The notes below the pieces were generated by a model that saw nothing but the letters and a program-made list of their open reading frames with translations, was not told the origin of the DNA and did no database searches. DNA of 64,000 nt from Brevinematia bacterium (GTDB lineage Bacteria; Spirochaetota; Brevinematia; DTOW01), in the NCBI GenBank assembly GCA_049968435.1, contig JBMFQU010000001.1, forward strand, positions 609 through 64,608. Reading direction: 5' to 3'. Of this stretch, positions 38,357-47,867 are shown piece after piece (positions within the stretch are counted from its first letter, which is position 1; each line of letters opens with the position of its first letter). Made by a program: the position numbers and the translations under genes.

Positions 38357-39078
38357 AAAATAGTCAAATAAACTTATTCTCAAAGCAACCTTTGACAATT
38401 ATATCAAAAACTAATTTCATAAACTTCTTAAACTGTAAATACACTTGGTATCTAGCAAATGTAAAAAAAATTAAACCAAAGCTAACATTAAATATGGAAG
38501 CTGGAAATACATTACATTCCATACTTAAGGAAATAAACCAAAAATTCAGTACGCTAGAAGAAGTAAAAAAGTTCATAGAACTAAAAAAACTTTCTTTAAA
38601 AGAGCACGAAAAAGAAATTAACAATATACTTTTATTCCTTGAATCAAGGAATAAAAAAAATCTAAATATCTTTCCAGTAATATCAGAAACATCACTTGAA
38701 ATTAGAGTAAGTAATTTCAAACTTAAAGGAATCGTTGATGCAATATATAATTTTGAAGATGAATTTGAAATTTTTGAATATAAAAAGAGCTTTTATAAAA
38801 GTAAAATTGAAGACTTCTTTTTAGAAACATCATTTTATTCTTTTCTATTCGAAAATAGCCAAAAAAGGAAAATTATAAGAATGGGTTTATTTTCATTTGA
38901 AACAGGGGAAGTCATATACAAAGAATACAACTTGAACCAATCAAAGGAAACAGAAGAAAAAATAATATATGTTATTGACTCGATAAACAAAAATAATTTT
39001 GAACCAAACCCTTCTATTGAAAATTGTAAGAATTGTATTTTCAAAGAATTTTGCGAATATGCATATAAAAACTTTTAA
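38353..39078 (+). CDS. Standalone Cas4-like PD-(D/E)xK nuclease with 4 Cys (probable Fe-S cluster)
   Basis: One N-terminal Cys ('FLNCKY') plus the C-terminal 'CKNCIFKEFC'. Nuclease core 'GIVDAIY..FEIFEYKKS'. ATGA overlap with the mnmE stop. Confidence 0.5.
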   Translation: MKNSQINLFSKQPLTIISKTNFINFLNCKYTWYLANVKKIKPKLTLNMEAGNTLHSILKEINQKFSTLEEVKKFIELKKLSLKEHEKEINNILLFLESRNKKNLNIFPVISETSLEIRVSNFKLKGIVDAIYNFEDEFEIFEYKKSFYKSKIEDFFLETSFYSFLFENSQKRKIIRMGLFSFETGEVIYKEYNLNQSKETEEKIIYVIDSINKNNFEPNPSIENCKNCIFKEFCEYAYKNF

Positions 39079-39234
39079 TAACTAAAACTTATTTTTATCA
39101 GAAGGATAAAGAAATATTCCATGTTTCAAATACAATACCAAAACAATGGCGTGCGTAATGAAGAGGCATAAATAGAACCAGAAGTTGCTAAAATTTATAA
39201 GAGTTTTTTAAAATTTTTATTGCTGGAGGTTGTA

Positions 39235-39525
39235 ATGGCTAATATAAAATCTAACGAAAAAAGATCAAAGCAGAGCGAAAAAAGGTATCTTAGAAATAAA
39301 ATGTGGAAAGAAAAGGTAAAAACTCTTAGAAAGAAGATAATAAAATCCATACTTACTAAGAGCGTAAGTGAAGAAGAATTAAAAAGAATGATAAAAGAAT
39401 ACCAATCATTGGTTGACAAAACATATACTAAAAATGTATTTAAGAAAAATAAAGTTGCTAGATTAAAATCTAAGATATTTAACTTTTTAAAAAAGAATGG
39501 AATAACACTAAATAAACTTAATTAA
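39235..39525 (+). CDS. rpsT: 30S ribosomal protein S20
   Basis: 'MANIKSNEKRSKQSEKR' S20 N-terminus. A GGAGG lies upstream. Confidence 0.8.
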   Translation: MANIKSNEKRSKQSEKRYLRNKMWKEKVKTLRKKIIKSILTKSVSEEELKRMIKEYQSLVDKTYTKNVFKKNKVARLKSKIFNFLKKNGITLNKLN

Positions 39526-39537
39526 TCTAATTGATAA

Positions 39538-39611
39538 CGGGGCGTAGCTCAGATGGTTAGAGCGCATGCCTTGGGAGCATGAGGTCCCCGGTTCAAGTCC
39601 GGGCGCCCCGA
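39538..39611 (+). tRNA. tRNA-Pro (TGG)
   Basis: Acceptor CGGGGCG/CGCCCCG and anticodon loop CTTGGGA. Confidence 0.85.
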
Positions 39612-39612
39612 A

Positions 39613-40428
39613 TTACATCACTTCTTTTAACTTTAATCTAATTACAGCATTTCCTTTAAATCCTATAATCTTAGTAGCAGTCCCTAGAAAAAGAGGTATA
39701 GTACTTTTTGATCCTAATTCAACAGTATATTCATTAAGAACAAAATCAATAACTTTACCACTACCCTTAAATTTTATATCTCCAACAACTATATCATTAT
39801 TTTCAAGCTCAAGCGCAGAAAAACTAGTAAAACTATTTATATAAAAGTTCTTACTTAAACCATAAACATTAACAACATTACTGATCTCATTCCTAATTCC
39901 ACTATCTCCAACCTTAAAATCGAAAGTCCTAAATATAATTTCATTTGTAGGATCCACTTCAGGTAACTTGGGAAAAAGCAAATCAAGTAATAGAAGAGAG
40001 AAAGGATCATAAGTTTTTAATCTTTTATTACCTTTATCATCCATATAAAAAGAAATTTCAAGATTAGTAAAATTGATAAGCTGATTAATAGTTTCAAAGA
40101 AGCCTGAAGATGACTTTAAATCAAATTTATTAAAAACAATCGTAAAAAGCTTTTGATTAGCTTCTTGCTTAGAACTCAAAATAAAAGAAGTCTTCAAGCT
40201 AAAATTACCTGAATAAGATAAAAGAAGATATGTAATAATACCATCACCATTCAATTCAAAATCATATACATAAACCTTTTCTGGTAAATAATCGTAGATA
40301 TACTTAACTTCTCCCTTTGGGGGAAAACAAGAATTTAGAGATAGAACAAAACCTACAAAAAGTATAAAAACTAAAAGTTTTTTCATGCTAAAATTATTAA
40401 AAACAGCAAGGTAAAAACTCAAAAACAA
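39613..40428 (-). CDS. Hypothetical lipoprotein
   Basis: Lipobox 'LNSC'. No recognised domain. Confidence 0.35.
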   Translation of the reverse strand: MFLSFYLAVFNNFSMKKLLVFILFVGFVLSLNSCFPPKGEVKYIYDYLPEKVYVYDFELNGDGIITYLLLSYSGNFSLKTSFILSSKQEANQKLFTIVFNKFDLKSSSGFFETINQLINFTNLEISFYMDDKGNKRLKTYDPFSLLLLDLLFPKLPEVDPTNEIIFRTFDFKVGDSGIRNEISNVVNVYGLSKNFYINSFTSFSALELENNDIVVGDIKFKGSGKVIDFVLNEYTVELGSKSTIPLFLGTATKIIGFKGNAVIRLKLKEVM

Positions 40429-40521
40429 TTTTTAAATAACTATGCGGTCATAATTTTTAAAAATTCGTAATATTTGAAATAAATTAGAAATTTATTAAAA
40501 AATTACAATAGTAGGTAGTTT

Positions 40522-41410
40522 ATGAATAAGAAAGTAGTAATATTTTTGGTAGTTTCATTTTTATTCAGTTGGATAATTGCTTTAGTAATATGGAAATTTA
40601 GCTTATACGAAGGAAGAAATTTATTGCTTACTACTCTTCTTGTAGTATACATGTTTGGTCCTGCTATAGGAGCCATAATAGCACAAAGATCATCTAATCA
40701 AAAAGTTAAGGATTTAGGTATTGAATTCAAAGTAAATAAATGGTGGATATTAGGAGTATTATCAATACTAACAATAACAATTCTAACTCCTTTAATCTCC
40801 TACCTATTAGGAGGAGGGCTTATAACTTCATGGGAAGAATTACAAAATAAAGTAGTAGAAATTTATAAAAGTGAATTGGCCCAAAAACAAATGGAAAAGA
40901 TAGGTAAAGTTGTAAATAACAATATACTAATATTATATTTAATAACTATACTTTCGGGAGTAGTAGCAGGATTGACTATAAATGGATTAGCAGCCTTTGG
41001 TGAAGAGCTAGGATGGAGAGGATTACTTTTTGAAGAATTCAAGAAATATGGATTTATAAAATCATCATTTCTAATAGGAATAATATGGGGACTATGGCAT
41101 GCTCCTATAATAGCAATGGGGGCATAACTTTCCTCAACATCCTACAGAAGGTATATTTCTGATGACAGCATTTTGTGTAGCACTCGCATTTATAATGAAC
41201 TACTTCAGATTAAAAACTAATTCAGTAATACTCTCTTCAATAATGCACGGAACTCTAAACGGAACAGCAGGCATTTATGTATACGCAAATAAAGTATCAA
41301 ACGATATACTGTATAACTTAACAGGCATAGCAGGTATAATGGTAATAATACTATTAATTTTTATAATCTCATTTGACAGAGAAGTATTTCTGTCAGAAAA
41401 ATTAAACTAA
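40522..41410 (+). pseudogene. CPBP (CAAX) family intramembrane metalloprotease, interrupted by a stop after codon 201 (ORFs 40522-41127 and 41162-41410).
   Basis: The EExxxR motif ('EELGWRGLLFEE') and an FxxxH-like motif ('LWHAP') lie in the first ORF. The HxxxN-like motif ('MHGTLN') lies in the second ORF. Confidence 0.45.
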
Positions 41411-41432
41411 AAATTTTCCGATTATTAAGTGA

Positions 41433-42386
41433 ATGAAAAAAGAGATAGTAATATCAGTGCTAATATATTTTTCAGTAATAATAACAGTATTACTCATAAT
41501 ACCATTTTTATCCGAAAATATTTCAAAAGTATTCTCAGAAAATAAAACACCATACGAAATTTATCACGAACTTGGAAAAGACAACAATGAAGAAACAAAT
41601 ATATCCAATACACTATCAGATTATAGCCCTACTGAATTTATGGAAAAAGAATATACCATACCTACCGAAGAACAAATTCAAGACATTATAGTACCAAAGG
41701 GGAAACCTATGATAACCTTAGTAATAGATGATTACGGTTATTCTCTTGAAGAACCAGTAATAACCTCTATAACATCTAGTATACCAATAACAGTAGCCAT
41801 AATCCCATTTCTAAAATATTCAAAAACAATAAATAATTTAGCCAAAATGTACAACAAAGAGGTAATAATTCATCTACCCATGGAAGCCTACAAATTAAAA
41901 ATAAAAGATACCCCTTACATAAAAAAAGGACAAGACTCTACAGAAATCATAAGAATCTTAGAAAAAGCAACTCAGGAATTAGAAGGAGTAGGAATGAACA
42001 ATCACATGGGATCAGAAGCAACAGAAGACCCAGAGGTAATGGAAACAATAATAAGATTTCTTAAAAGAAAGAATCTATTTTTCTTAGATTCACTAACTAC
42101 TCCAAACTCAGTAGGATATAAAAAAGCAAAAGAAATGGGATTAGTCCCTTTAAAAAGAGATGTATTTCTTGATAATTATCCATCACAATATTACATAGAG
42201 GATCAATTGAGGATGGTAGAAAAAGTGGCTACCAAAAAGGGTTACTGTATAGCAATTGGACATATTAGAGAAAACACTATAAAAACTTTAATGAAATGGT
42301 ACCAAGACAATAAATCTAATTATAGATTTACAACTCTTAAGAATCTTTATGAGGAACTAACCAAATTGGAAATAAGCAAAAAATAA
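41433..42386 (+). CDS. Divergent polysaccharide deacetylase (YibQ-like) family protein
   Basis: 'ITLVIDDYGYS' and 'HLPME' motifs typical of the divergent PDA family. N-terminal TM anchor. Confidence 0.6.
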   Translation: MKKEIVISVLIYFSVIITVLLIIPFLSENISKVFSENKTPYEIYHELGKDNNEETNISNTLSDYSPTEFMEKEYTIPTEEQIQDIIVPKGKPMITLVIDDYGYSLEEPVITSITSSIPITVAIIPFLKYSKTINNLAKMYNKEVIIHLPMEAYKLKIKDTPYIKKGQDSTEIIRILEKATQELEGVGMNNHMGSEATEDPEVMETIIRFLKRKNLFFLDSLTTPNSVGYKKAKEMGLVPLKRDVFLDNYPSQYYIEDQLRMVEKVATKKGYCIAIGHIRENTIKTLMKWYQDNKSNYRFTTLKNLYEELTKLEISKK

Positions 42387-42400
42387 GGGGAAATCCCCTT
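42385..42400. terminator. Bidirectional terminator-like hairpin 'aaggggaaatcccctt'. It is duplicated at 42662-42677.
   Basis: 6-bp GC-containing stem flanked by A/T runs, lying between convergent genes. Confidence 0.45.
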
Positions 42401-42413
42401 AAATATCTTAATC

Positions 42414-42623
42414 TTATTGTTTCTTTTCTTTCAAGGTACAAATGCCAAAAATGCTATAAAGCAAACAGAAACCAGTTATAGCAGTCAAAGCTAAGATACC
42501 ACCTACAACAATAAGCACTATTTGTAAAACACCAGAAGTAAAGAATACTCCTACAACAATTAATATTAAAGCTAATACAGCTCTTATTATCCTATCAAGT
42601 AAACTTTCATTAACCTTTAACAT
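42414..42623 (-). CDS. DUF2892 (YgaP C-terminal-like) small membrane protein, copy 1. ATG start with a GGAGG RBS.
   Basis: Two TM helices and 'TGFCLLYSIFGICT' (GxCxxY-like) motif; 69 aa. Confidence 0.6.
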   Translation of the reverse strand: MLKVNESLLDRIIRAVLALILIVVGVFFTSGVLQIVLIVVGGILALTAITGFCLLYSIFGICTLKEKKQ

Positions 42624-42690
42624 ATATAACCTCCTATATATTCTCTTATTAAGCAAAAAATAAGGGGAAATCCCCTTAAATATCTTAATC

Positions 42691-42900
42691 TTATTGTTTC
42701 TTTTCTTTCAAGGTACAAATGCCAAAAATGCTATAAAGCAAACAGAAACCAGTTATAGCAGTCAAAGCTAAGATACCACCTACAACAATAAGCACTATTT
42801 GTAAAACACCAGAAGTAAAGAATACTCCTACAACAATTAATATTAAAGCTAATACAGCTCTTATTATCCTATCAAGTAAACTTTCATTAACCTTTAACAT
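42691..42900 (-). CDS. DUF2892 small membrane protein, copy 2 (identical)
   Basis: Identical to copy 1. Confidence 0.6.
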   Translation of the reverse strand: MLKVNESLLDRIIRAVLALILIVVGVFFTSGVLQIVLIVVGGILALTAITGFCLLYSIFGICTLKEKKQ

Positions 42901-42922
42901 ATATAACCTCCTATATATTCTC

Positions 42923-43579
42923 TTATTTTGCAAATGATAAAACTTGATTTATAAAAGAATGCTCATCTTGAACTCCAATAGTAATAGAATCTTCTGAATC
43001 GTTTATAATTTGGGTAGGAACACTTTCAATACCCCACTTCATAGCTAAATCAGGAACTTCGTTTGCTTCAATAACTTCAGAAGTTACTTTACCACTTGAA
43101 GCAACTGCAATTCTATTTGCAAGATAAGCAGAAGCTGGGCAATAAGGGCAAGAAGGCGTCACAAATACTTTTATATTAACAGGTTTACTAATAGAACTTA
43201 ATTCTTTAGCCATATTTCCTTCTATGTCATGTGAATCATTAGAAACCATAATCAATGTTTCAACAATTTGACTTGCTTCATATCCTAAAGGTGATCCTCT
43301 GAAAATGATCTTATACCCTTTATCTTCACCTATTGTAACTGTAGGATTAGTCTCAATAGGGATACCTACATCACTAACTTGGACATTTTCTCTGAAATTG
43401 ACTTTAATTTTGCTATTAATCTCACCCAATTCCTTAAAAAATTGTTTAGTAAAATTTACATATTCCTCATTTTCATTTTCACCTGTCCTAAAGTAAACAT
43501 TAACAACAACTTCATTCGAAAGTTCTTGAAACCTCTCTTCAAGGAATTTCCTTGATTCATTATCGATGATTTGCTCCAT
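42923..43579 (-). CDS. Glutaredoxin-like protein disulfide oxidoreductase (two thioredoxin-fold units, one CPYC active site)
   Basis: 'SCPYCPAS' active site in the C-terminal unit. The 218-aa two-domain architecture matches thermophile PDOs. Confidence 0.6.
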   Translation of the reverse strand: MEQIIDNESRKFLEERFQELSNEVVVNVYFRTGENENEEYVNFTKQFFKELGEINSKIKVNFRENVQVSDVGIPIETNPTVTIGEDKGYKIIFRGSPLGYEASQIVETLIMVSNDSHDIEGNMAKELSSISKPVNIKVFVTPSCPYCPASAYLANRIAVASSGKVTSEVIEANEVPDLAMKWGIESVPTQIINDSEDSITIGVQDEHSFINQVLSFAK

Positions 43580-43642
43580 AAAATATATACCTCCTAAAAT
43601 TTTTACTCATAAAAGATAAAAATAAAACTTCGAAAAGTCAAA

Positions 43643-44287
43643 CTATTTCCCCTTCATAAGCTTTTTTATTTCATCCCTTATTCTAGCTGCATCTTCATAT
43701 CTTTCTTCAGCAACTGCTTTATCAAGCTCACGCTGAAGCTCTTCAATTAATGCATCCTCTTTACTTTGTGATTGTAACTTGGATTTTCTAGACTTATTTT
43801 CCTCAAATATTTCTTTCTCATTACTTTGTTCTTGTAAAACTTCTCCTAACCCTGTACTTTTACTACCACTATAATATTCCTCTCTATCAACTCCAGCTTG
43901 CCTAATTACATGTTCTGCAACAAATATAGGTGCATTATATCTAACTGCTAATGCAACAGCATCGCTCGGGCGAGAATCTATTTCCAAAACCATATCCCTA
44001 AATGAAATAAAAAGAATAGCATAGAATGTATTATCCCTAAGATCATTGATAACAACTTTTTCAACAAAAGCTCCTATACTATCTAAAACATTCTTAAAAA
44101 GATCATAAGTCAAAGGTCTTGGAAAACTAATATTCTGAAGTTTCATCAATATACCATTTGCTTCAAAAGGACCTATATATATAGGTAAAACTACTGTAGA
44201 ATTAGGCTCCCTAAATATCATTGCAAAACCTGTATTTGTCATTACAATATCCTCTATTTCCACTCTAACTAAATCACTATCCTTCAT
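43643..44287 (-). CDS. Bifunctional-nuclease (DUF151) domain protein with a C-terminal UVR motif
   Basis: DUF151-like N-terminal 130 aa plus 'EERYEDAARIRDEIKKL', a UvrB/UvrC-type motif. Confidence 0.55.
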   Translation of the reverse strand: MKDSDLVRVEIEDIVMTNTGFAMIFREPNSTVVLPIYIGPFEANGILMKLQNISFPRPLTYDLFKNVLDSIGAFVEKVVINDLRDNTFYAILFISFRDMVLEIDSRPSDAVALAVRYNAPIFVAEHVIRQAGVDREEYYSGSKSTGLGEVLQEQSNEKEIFEENKSRKSKLQSQSKEDALIEELQRELDKAVAEERYEDAARIRDEIKKLMKGK

Positions 44288-44329
44288 AGTACATCATAAA
44301 AATAAATAAATTTATAAATCTTAGTCAAA

Positions 44330-45967
44330 TTATTTTTCTTCATAAGGAATTTCCAAAAAAAATTCGCTACCTTTACCAGATTTAGATTCAAAATAAACCT
44401 TACCTCCATGATTCAAAACTATACTTTCAACTATACTAAGTCCTAATCCACTACCTGTTTTCTTAGTAGTTGTGTAAGGTTTAAATATCTTATCACCCAT
44501 ATCTTCAGGAATACCTATACCATAATCCTTAACAGAAATAATAACTCTGTCTTCCTCTTTGGAAAACTTTATAGTTATTTTATTAGAAATACCCTCAGAA
44601 GCTTCTAAACCATTCTTTACCAAATTTATAAGACACTGCTTTATCTGATCAAAGTCAGCGTAAATCGTATCATCCCCATTGATAATAACCTCAAACTCCA
44701 CATCCCTATATGAAAAAAGTTCCTTAATATGCTTCATAATATCAGAAAACCTAAACTTAGATCTATTTGGTAAGGGTATTTTTGCAAAATTTGATAGTTG
44801 GGTAACTAACTTATCTATTCTATCAACTTCCTCCAATATAATACCAAGAGAACTAATAACTCTTTCTTTAAAATCTTCTGCATCTTGATTTAATAAAATT
44901 CTCTGAATAGATAATTTTATAGGAGAAAGAGGATTCTTAATTTCATGTGAAAATTTCCTTGCTATATCTTTCCATAACTCTATTTTTTCAATTTTACTCA
45001 ACCTATAATAAGCTTCAAGTAGCTTCATTGTCATAATATTAAATTGATCTATCAAATACCTTATTTCATCTATAGTTCCCTCATTGCTAACCACATAATT
45101 TAAATTACCTTGCGAAACTTCTTTCATACCATTAGCAAGTCTTGAAATACCTAAGGAAATGTATTCTGAGAAAAGGTAAGCAACGAGAATAGATATAAAG
45201 AAAGACGGGATATTCAACAACAAGATTATCAAAACAATATATTTACCAAAAACTTCATAAAACAAAAACTCTAAAGAACTAGAAACTTTCAATATCTTCG
45301 AAATATTAACTTTAATATCATAAATATTAGAGTCAATTTGAGTATAAGAAACTAAAAATCCATTCTTAATTTTTTTAAAAGCAAAAAGATATTCATCTTT
45401 ACCAAAAACAATTAAACTCTTCCCCTCGTCAGAGTAAGCTCTCTTAAGCTGATCCCAAATTATATCAAGAAAACCATTTTTACCATAAACATAATTGTAA
45501 GGAAATTTAACAATGTAAATATTATCACTACCCCTACCTTTAGCTAAAGCTTTCTCCAACCCAATGAAAGTATCTCTATATAAAAACGATAATCTATTTA
45601 ATAGATCCTTAGAAACATCAGAAAGTCTTTGCTCCGCACTAAACTGCAAAACATCTTTAAATGCATCTATAGTCGAAATAAAAATCACTGAAAGTATGGA
45701 AGAAGATACAAGACCAGCAGTAATAAACAAAACAATTAATCTAAATCTTATTTTAGATCCAAGCTTACCCTTAATAAAATCTCTAAAGGATTTAAAAAGA
45801 ATAAAAACAGATGCGATCATGGAAAAAGAAATAAAACAACTAATAAGGAACAAGAGAAAAGGATCAATAAAAGATACATAAGAAACTCTAATAATCCAAC
45901 TGAAAAGCAAAAATCCCAATCCAAGAGATAAAACCATTAAAGAAACCAAAATAACAAACTTTTTCAT
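44330..45967 (-). CDS. Sensor histidine kinase (2 TM, periplasmic loop, HAMP, HisKA, HATPase). No response regulator lies nearby.
   Basis: 'FSHEIKNPLSPI' H-box, 'LVKNGLEA' N-box and 'GSGLGLSIV' G-box. Confidence 0.8.
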   Translation of the reverse strand: MKKFVILVSLMVLSLGLGFLLFSWIIRVSYVSFIDPFLLFLISCFISFSMIASVFILFKSFRDFIKGKLGSKIRFRLIVLFITAGLVSSSILSVIFISTIDAFKDVLQFSAEQRLSDVSKDLLNRLSFLYRDTFIGLEKALAKGRGSDNIYIVKFPYNYVYGKNGFLDIIWDQLKRAYSDEGKSLIVFGKDEYLFAFKKIKNGFLVSYTQIDSNIYDIKVNISKILKVSSSLEFLFYEVFGKYIVLIILLLNIPSFFISILVAYLFSEYISLGISRLANGMKEVSQGNLNYVVSNEGTIDEIRYLIDQFNIMTMKLLEAYYRLSKIEKIELWKDIARKFSHEIKNPLSPIKLSIQRILLNQDAEDFKERVISSLGIILEEVDRIDKLVTQLSNFAKIPLPNRSKFRFSDIMKHIKELFSYRDVEFEVIINGDDTIYADFDQIKQCLINLVKNGLEASEGISNKITIKFSKEEDRVIISVKDYGIGIPEDMGDKIFKPYTTTKKTGSGLGLSIVESIVLNHGGKVYFESKSGKGSEFFLEIPYEEK

Positions 45968-45970
45968 ATC

Positions 45971-46555
45971 TTACCTCAATTTAAATTCTTCTGAATAAAC
46001 TACAGGAGTCTCTATATTACCCATACCTAAAACAGATGCTATAAGACTCAAAGGAGGTTTTAATTTCATGTAAACAATTGAAGCTTGGACTGAGATAAAA
46101 AATTTTGTATCTTGATAAACCTCATAAAAATCTGGATTATTTTTTAGTTCATCAAGTTTTATCTTAAAAAGCAACGGAGAAATAACCACAGGAAGAGATG
46201 ACAATTTATCTATAACCTTAAAATAGCCATCATTATACACAACTATTCTCTTAAACAATAAATCATAGTAAACTTTGTAAGAAACCAAAATGTTAGTAAT
46301 TTCTGTTTGGACATTCAAAATACCAAAATCTTTTCTGATTAATCTAACGTTAAAAATAACATTCAAGTCAATATTTCTTACAAGAAGATTTTCCAAATTT
46401 TGAGGAAGATCACCCTCAACTAAGAGCATAACAAGTATAGAATTACGATTTTCATCAATAAATATATCTGGCTTAGATAATTCAAAAGAAAAAAGATTTG
46501 TACTATATAAAAATATCAAAAACACTACAGAAATTTTCGAAAAACCTTTTAACAT
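45971..46555 (-). CDS. Hypothetical periplasmic protein co-transcribed with the kinase (DUF4390-like position)
   Basis: Signal peptide; 194 aa. Sits immediately upstream of the HK with a 4-nt gap. Confidence 0.3.
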   Translation of the reverse strand: MLKGFSKISVVFLIFLYSTNLFSFELSKPDIFIDENRNSILVMLLVEGDLPQNLENLLVRNIDLNVIFNVRLIRKDFGILNVQTEITNILVSYKVYYDLLFKRIVVYNDGYFKVIDKLSSLPVVISPLLFKIKLDELKNNPDFYEVYQDTKFFISVQASIVYMKLKPPLSLIASVLGMGNIETPVVYSEEFKLR

Positions 46556-46769
46556 ATATTAATATGAAGTATATTGAAGATTATAGATAAACTTCTATTA
46601 TTTATTCAATCTTAAACTACTGTTCTAAGACAAACTTGAATACTAACCTTGAATAATAATAAAAACCCTAGCATCAATCACCTGGTCATATAAAAGATGA
46701 ATTAATTATCTATTAGGGATTCGCTACTTGATAGATTTAAGAATTTTAATAAAATTAAAAAACGTAACA

Positions 46770-46800
46770 ATTTTAAAAAGGAAGACTCGGCCGTCCTCCT
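46770..46800 (-). terminator. Intrinsic terminator downstream of the OMP gene: hairpin 'aggaggac-ggccga-gtcttcct' followed by TTTTT on the minus strand.
   Basis: 8-bp stem plus U-tract read on the minus strand. The stem is the same as in the REP-like hairpin at 10383-10401. Confidence 0.5.
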
Positions 46801-46815
46801 TTATTATAATTTAGA

Positions 46816-47817
46816 TCAAAATAATAATCCTACTTCCAAACCAAATCTAGTTTGATCTTTGTTATCATCTATAAAAGAATTTTCAGCATTTACGTAAGAG
46901 ATCTCCAGCCTAAAAAGTAGAGGTCCTTGAATGTAAGACGGTGTTAGAGTTAATGTTAAACCTTTGTTTTTATCTCCAAGTCCTATAAGGTCTACTCCTT
47001 CTATATCTGGGTTATCTTGGACATATTCTATTCTGCCCGAAATCTTAAAGGGTTTAAAGAAATAAGAAAGATGTGCTGCACCACCAATTGCTGTTGCAGA
47101 TGTACTATCTTTTGGAGATTCTACATATACAAGATCTGCACCAAAGGATAAATCACCAACTATGTAAGAAATTACAGAATTAAACTCTTTGGTGTTAATT
47201 ATTGAACTACCGTCGGGTATATGTATGTTAAAAGATATTGACAAATTATCTATAAGTGTTAGACCAAGAGTAGCTTCAATAGCTGGTTTTAGAGTAGTAA
47301 CAAGAGAATAAAATCCATCGTTTATTCCAATCTTAACGAAAAGCAGATCTGTAGTATAAACTAACCTTACACCACTATGTATTAAGGGTTGCATATTCCA
47401 CACAAGTCCCCTCTGGATATGGTTATTAAGGTAAGTAAAAGCAGATTCATAGCCTATTAAGGTAGACAATTTACCAAACTGTAGAGAAAGACCTCTAATA
47501 GGTACTAACTCTACATAAGCTATAGGCAAAGTACTAAAAAGATCTGTATAAGTTGTAGTCTTTAGTATTCCAATACCTACAACAGGTAAATAATATGCAC
47601 CACCTACCAGCGAAAAACCTATTGGTTCTGCATTCTTTGATATACTTACAAGAGAAGAAGCATCGTAGTATGTTATACCTCTATCATAAATAACATAAGC
47701 TGTTAATGCCACATCTATGTTGATATTACCTATTTTTTCGACATTCTCTAATTCAAAAGCTTGAGATGATAAGCTTATAAAACTGAACAAAATGATTAGT
47801 AGAAACGCTTTTTTCAT
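46816..47817 (-). CDS. Outer-membrane beta-barrel / porin-like protein
   Basis: Signal peptide, alternating hydrophobic beta-strand pattern, and a C-terminal aromatic residue (..GLLF). Confidence 0.45.
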   Translation of the reverse strand: MKKAFLLIILFSFISLSSQAFELENVEKIGNINIDVALTAYVIYDRGITYYDASSLVSISKNAEPIGFSLVGGAYYLPVVGIGILKTTTYTDLFSTLPIAYVELVPIRGLSLQFGKLSTLIGYESAFTYLNNHIQRGLVWNMQPLIHSGVRLVYTTDLLFVKIGINDGFYSLVTTLKPAIEATLGLTLIDNLSISFNIHIPDGSSIINTKEFNSVISYIVGDLSFGADLVYVESPKDSTSATAIGGAAHLSYFFKPFKISGRIEYVQDNPDIEGVDLIGLGDKNKGLTLTLTPSYIQGPLLFRLEISYVNAENSFIDDNKDQTRFGLEVGLLF

Positions 47818-47867
47818 AATAAACCTCCTTTAAAAAAACAGGGGAAAAGAACCTAAAGCGTAAAGCT

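Larger units (their letters stand above)
42373..42926. repeat. Perfect tandem direct duplication, 2 x 277 bp (units 42373-42649 and 42650-42926). Each unit holds a terminator hairpin, a DUF2892 gene and its RBS.
   Basis: The two units are identical as far as I can read. The two ORFs translate identically apart from residue 2 of the upstream TTG-start extension, which is produced by the junction. Confidence 0.85.

Noticed and set aside
38353-39078. The Cas4-like gene considered as evidence of a CRISPR-Cas locus
   Set aside because: No cas1, cas2, effector genes or CRISPR repeats occur in the 64-kb window. It is treated as a standalone nuclease.
39566-39844. 92-aa ORF overlapping tRNA-Pro on the + strand
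   Set aside because: It starts inside the tRNA gene and overlaps a better-supported lipoprotein gene on the opposite strand.
42373-42926. A possible CRISPR array suggested by the exact repeats
   Set aside because: There are only two units of 277 bp, each holding a full protein-coding gene. There is no short repeat-spacer periodicity. It is a tandem gene duplication.
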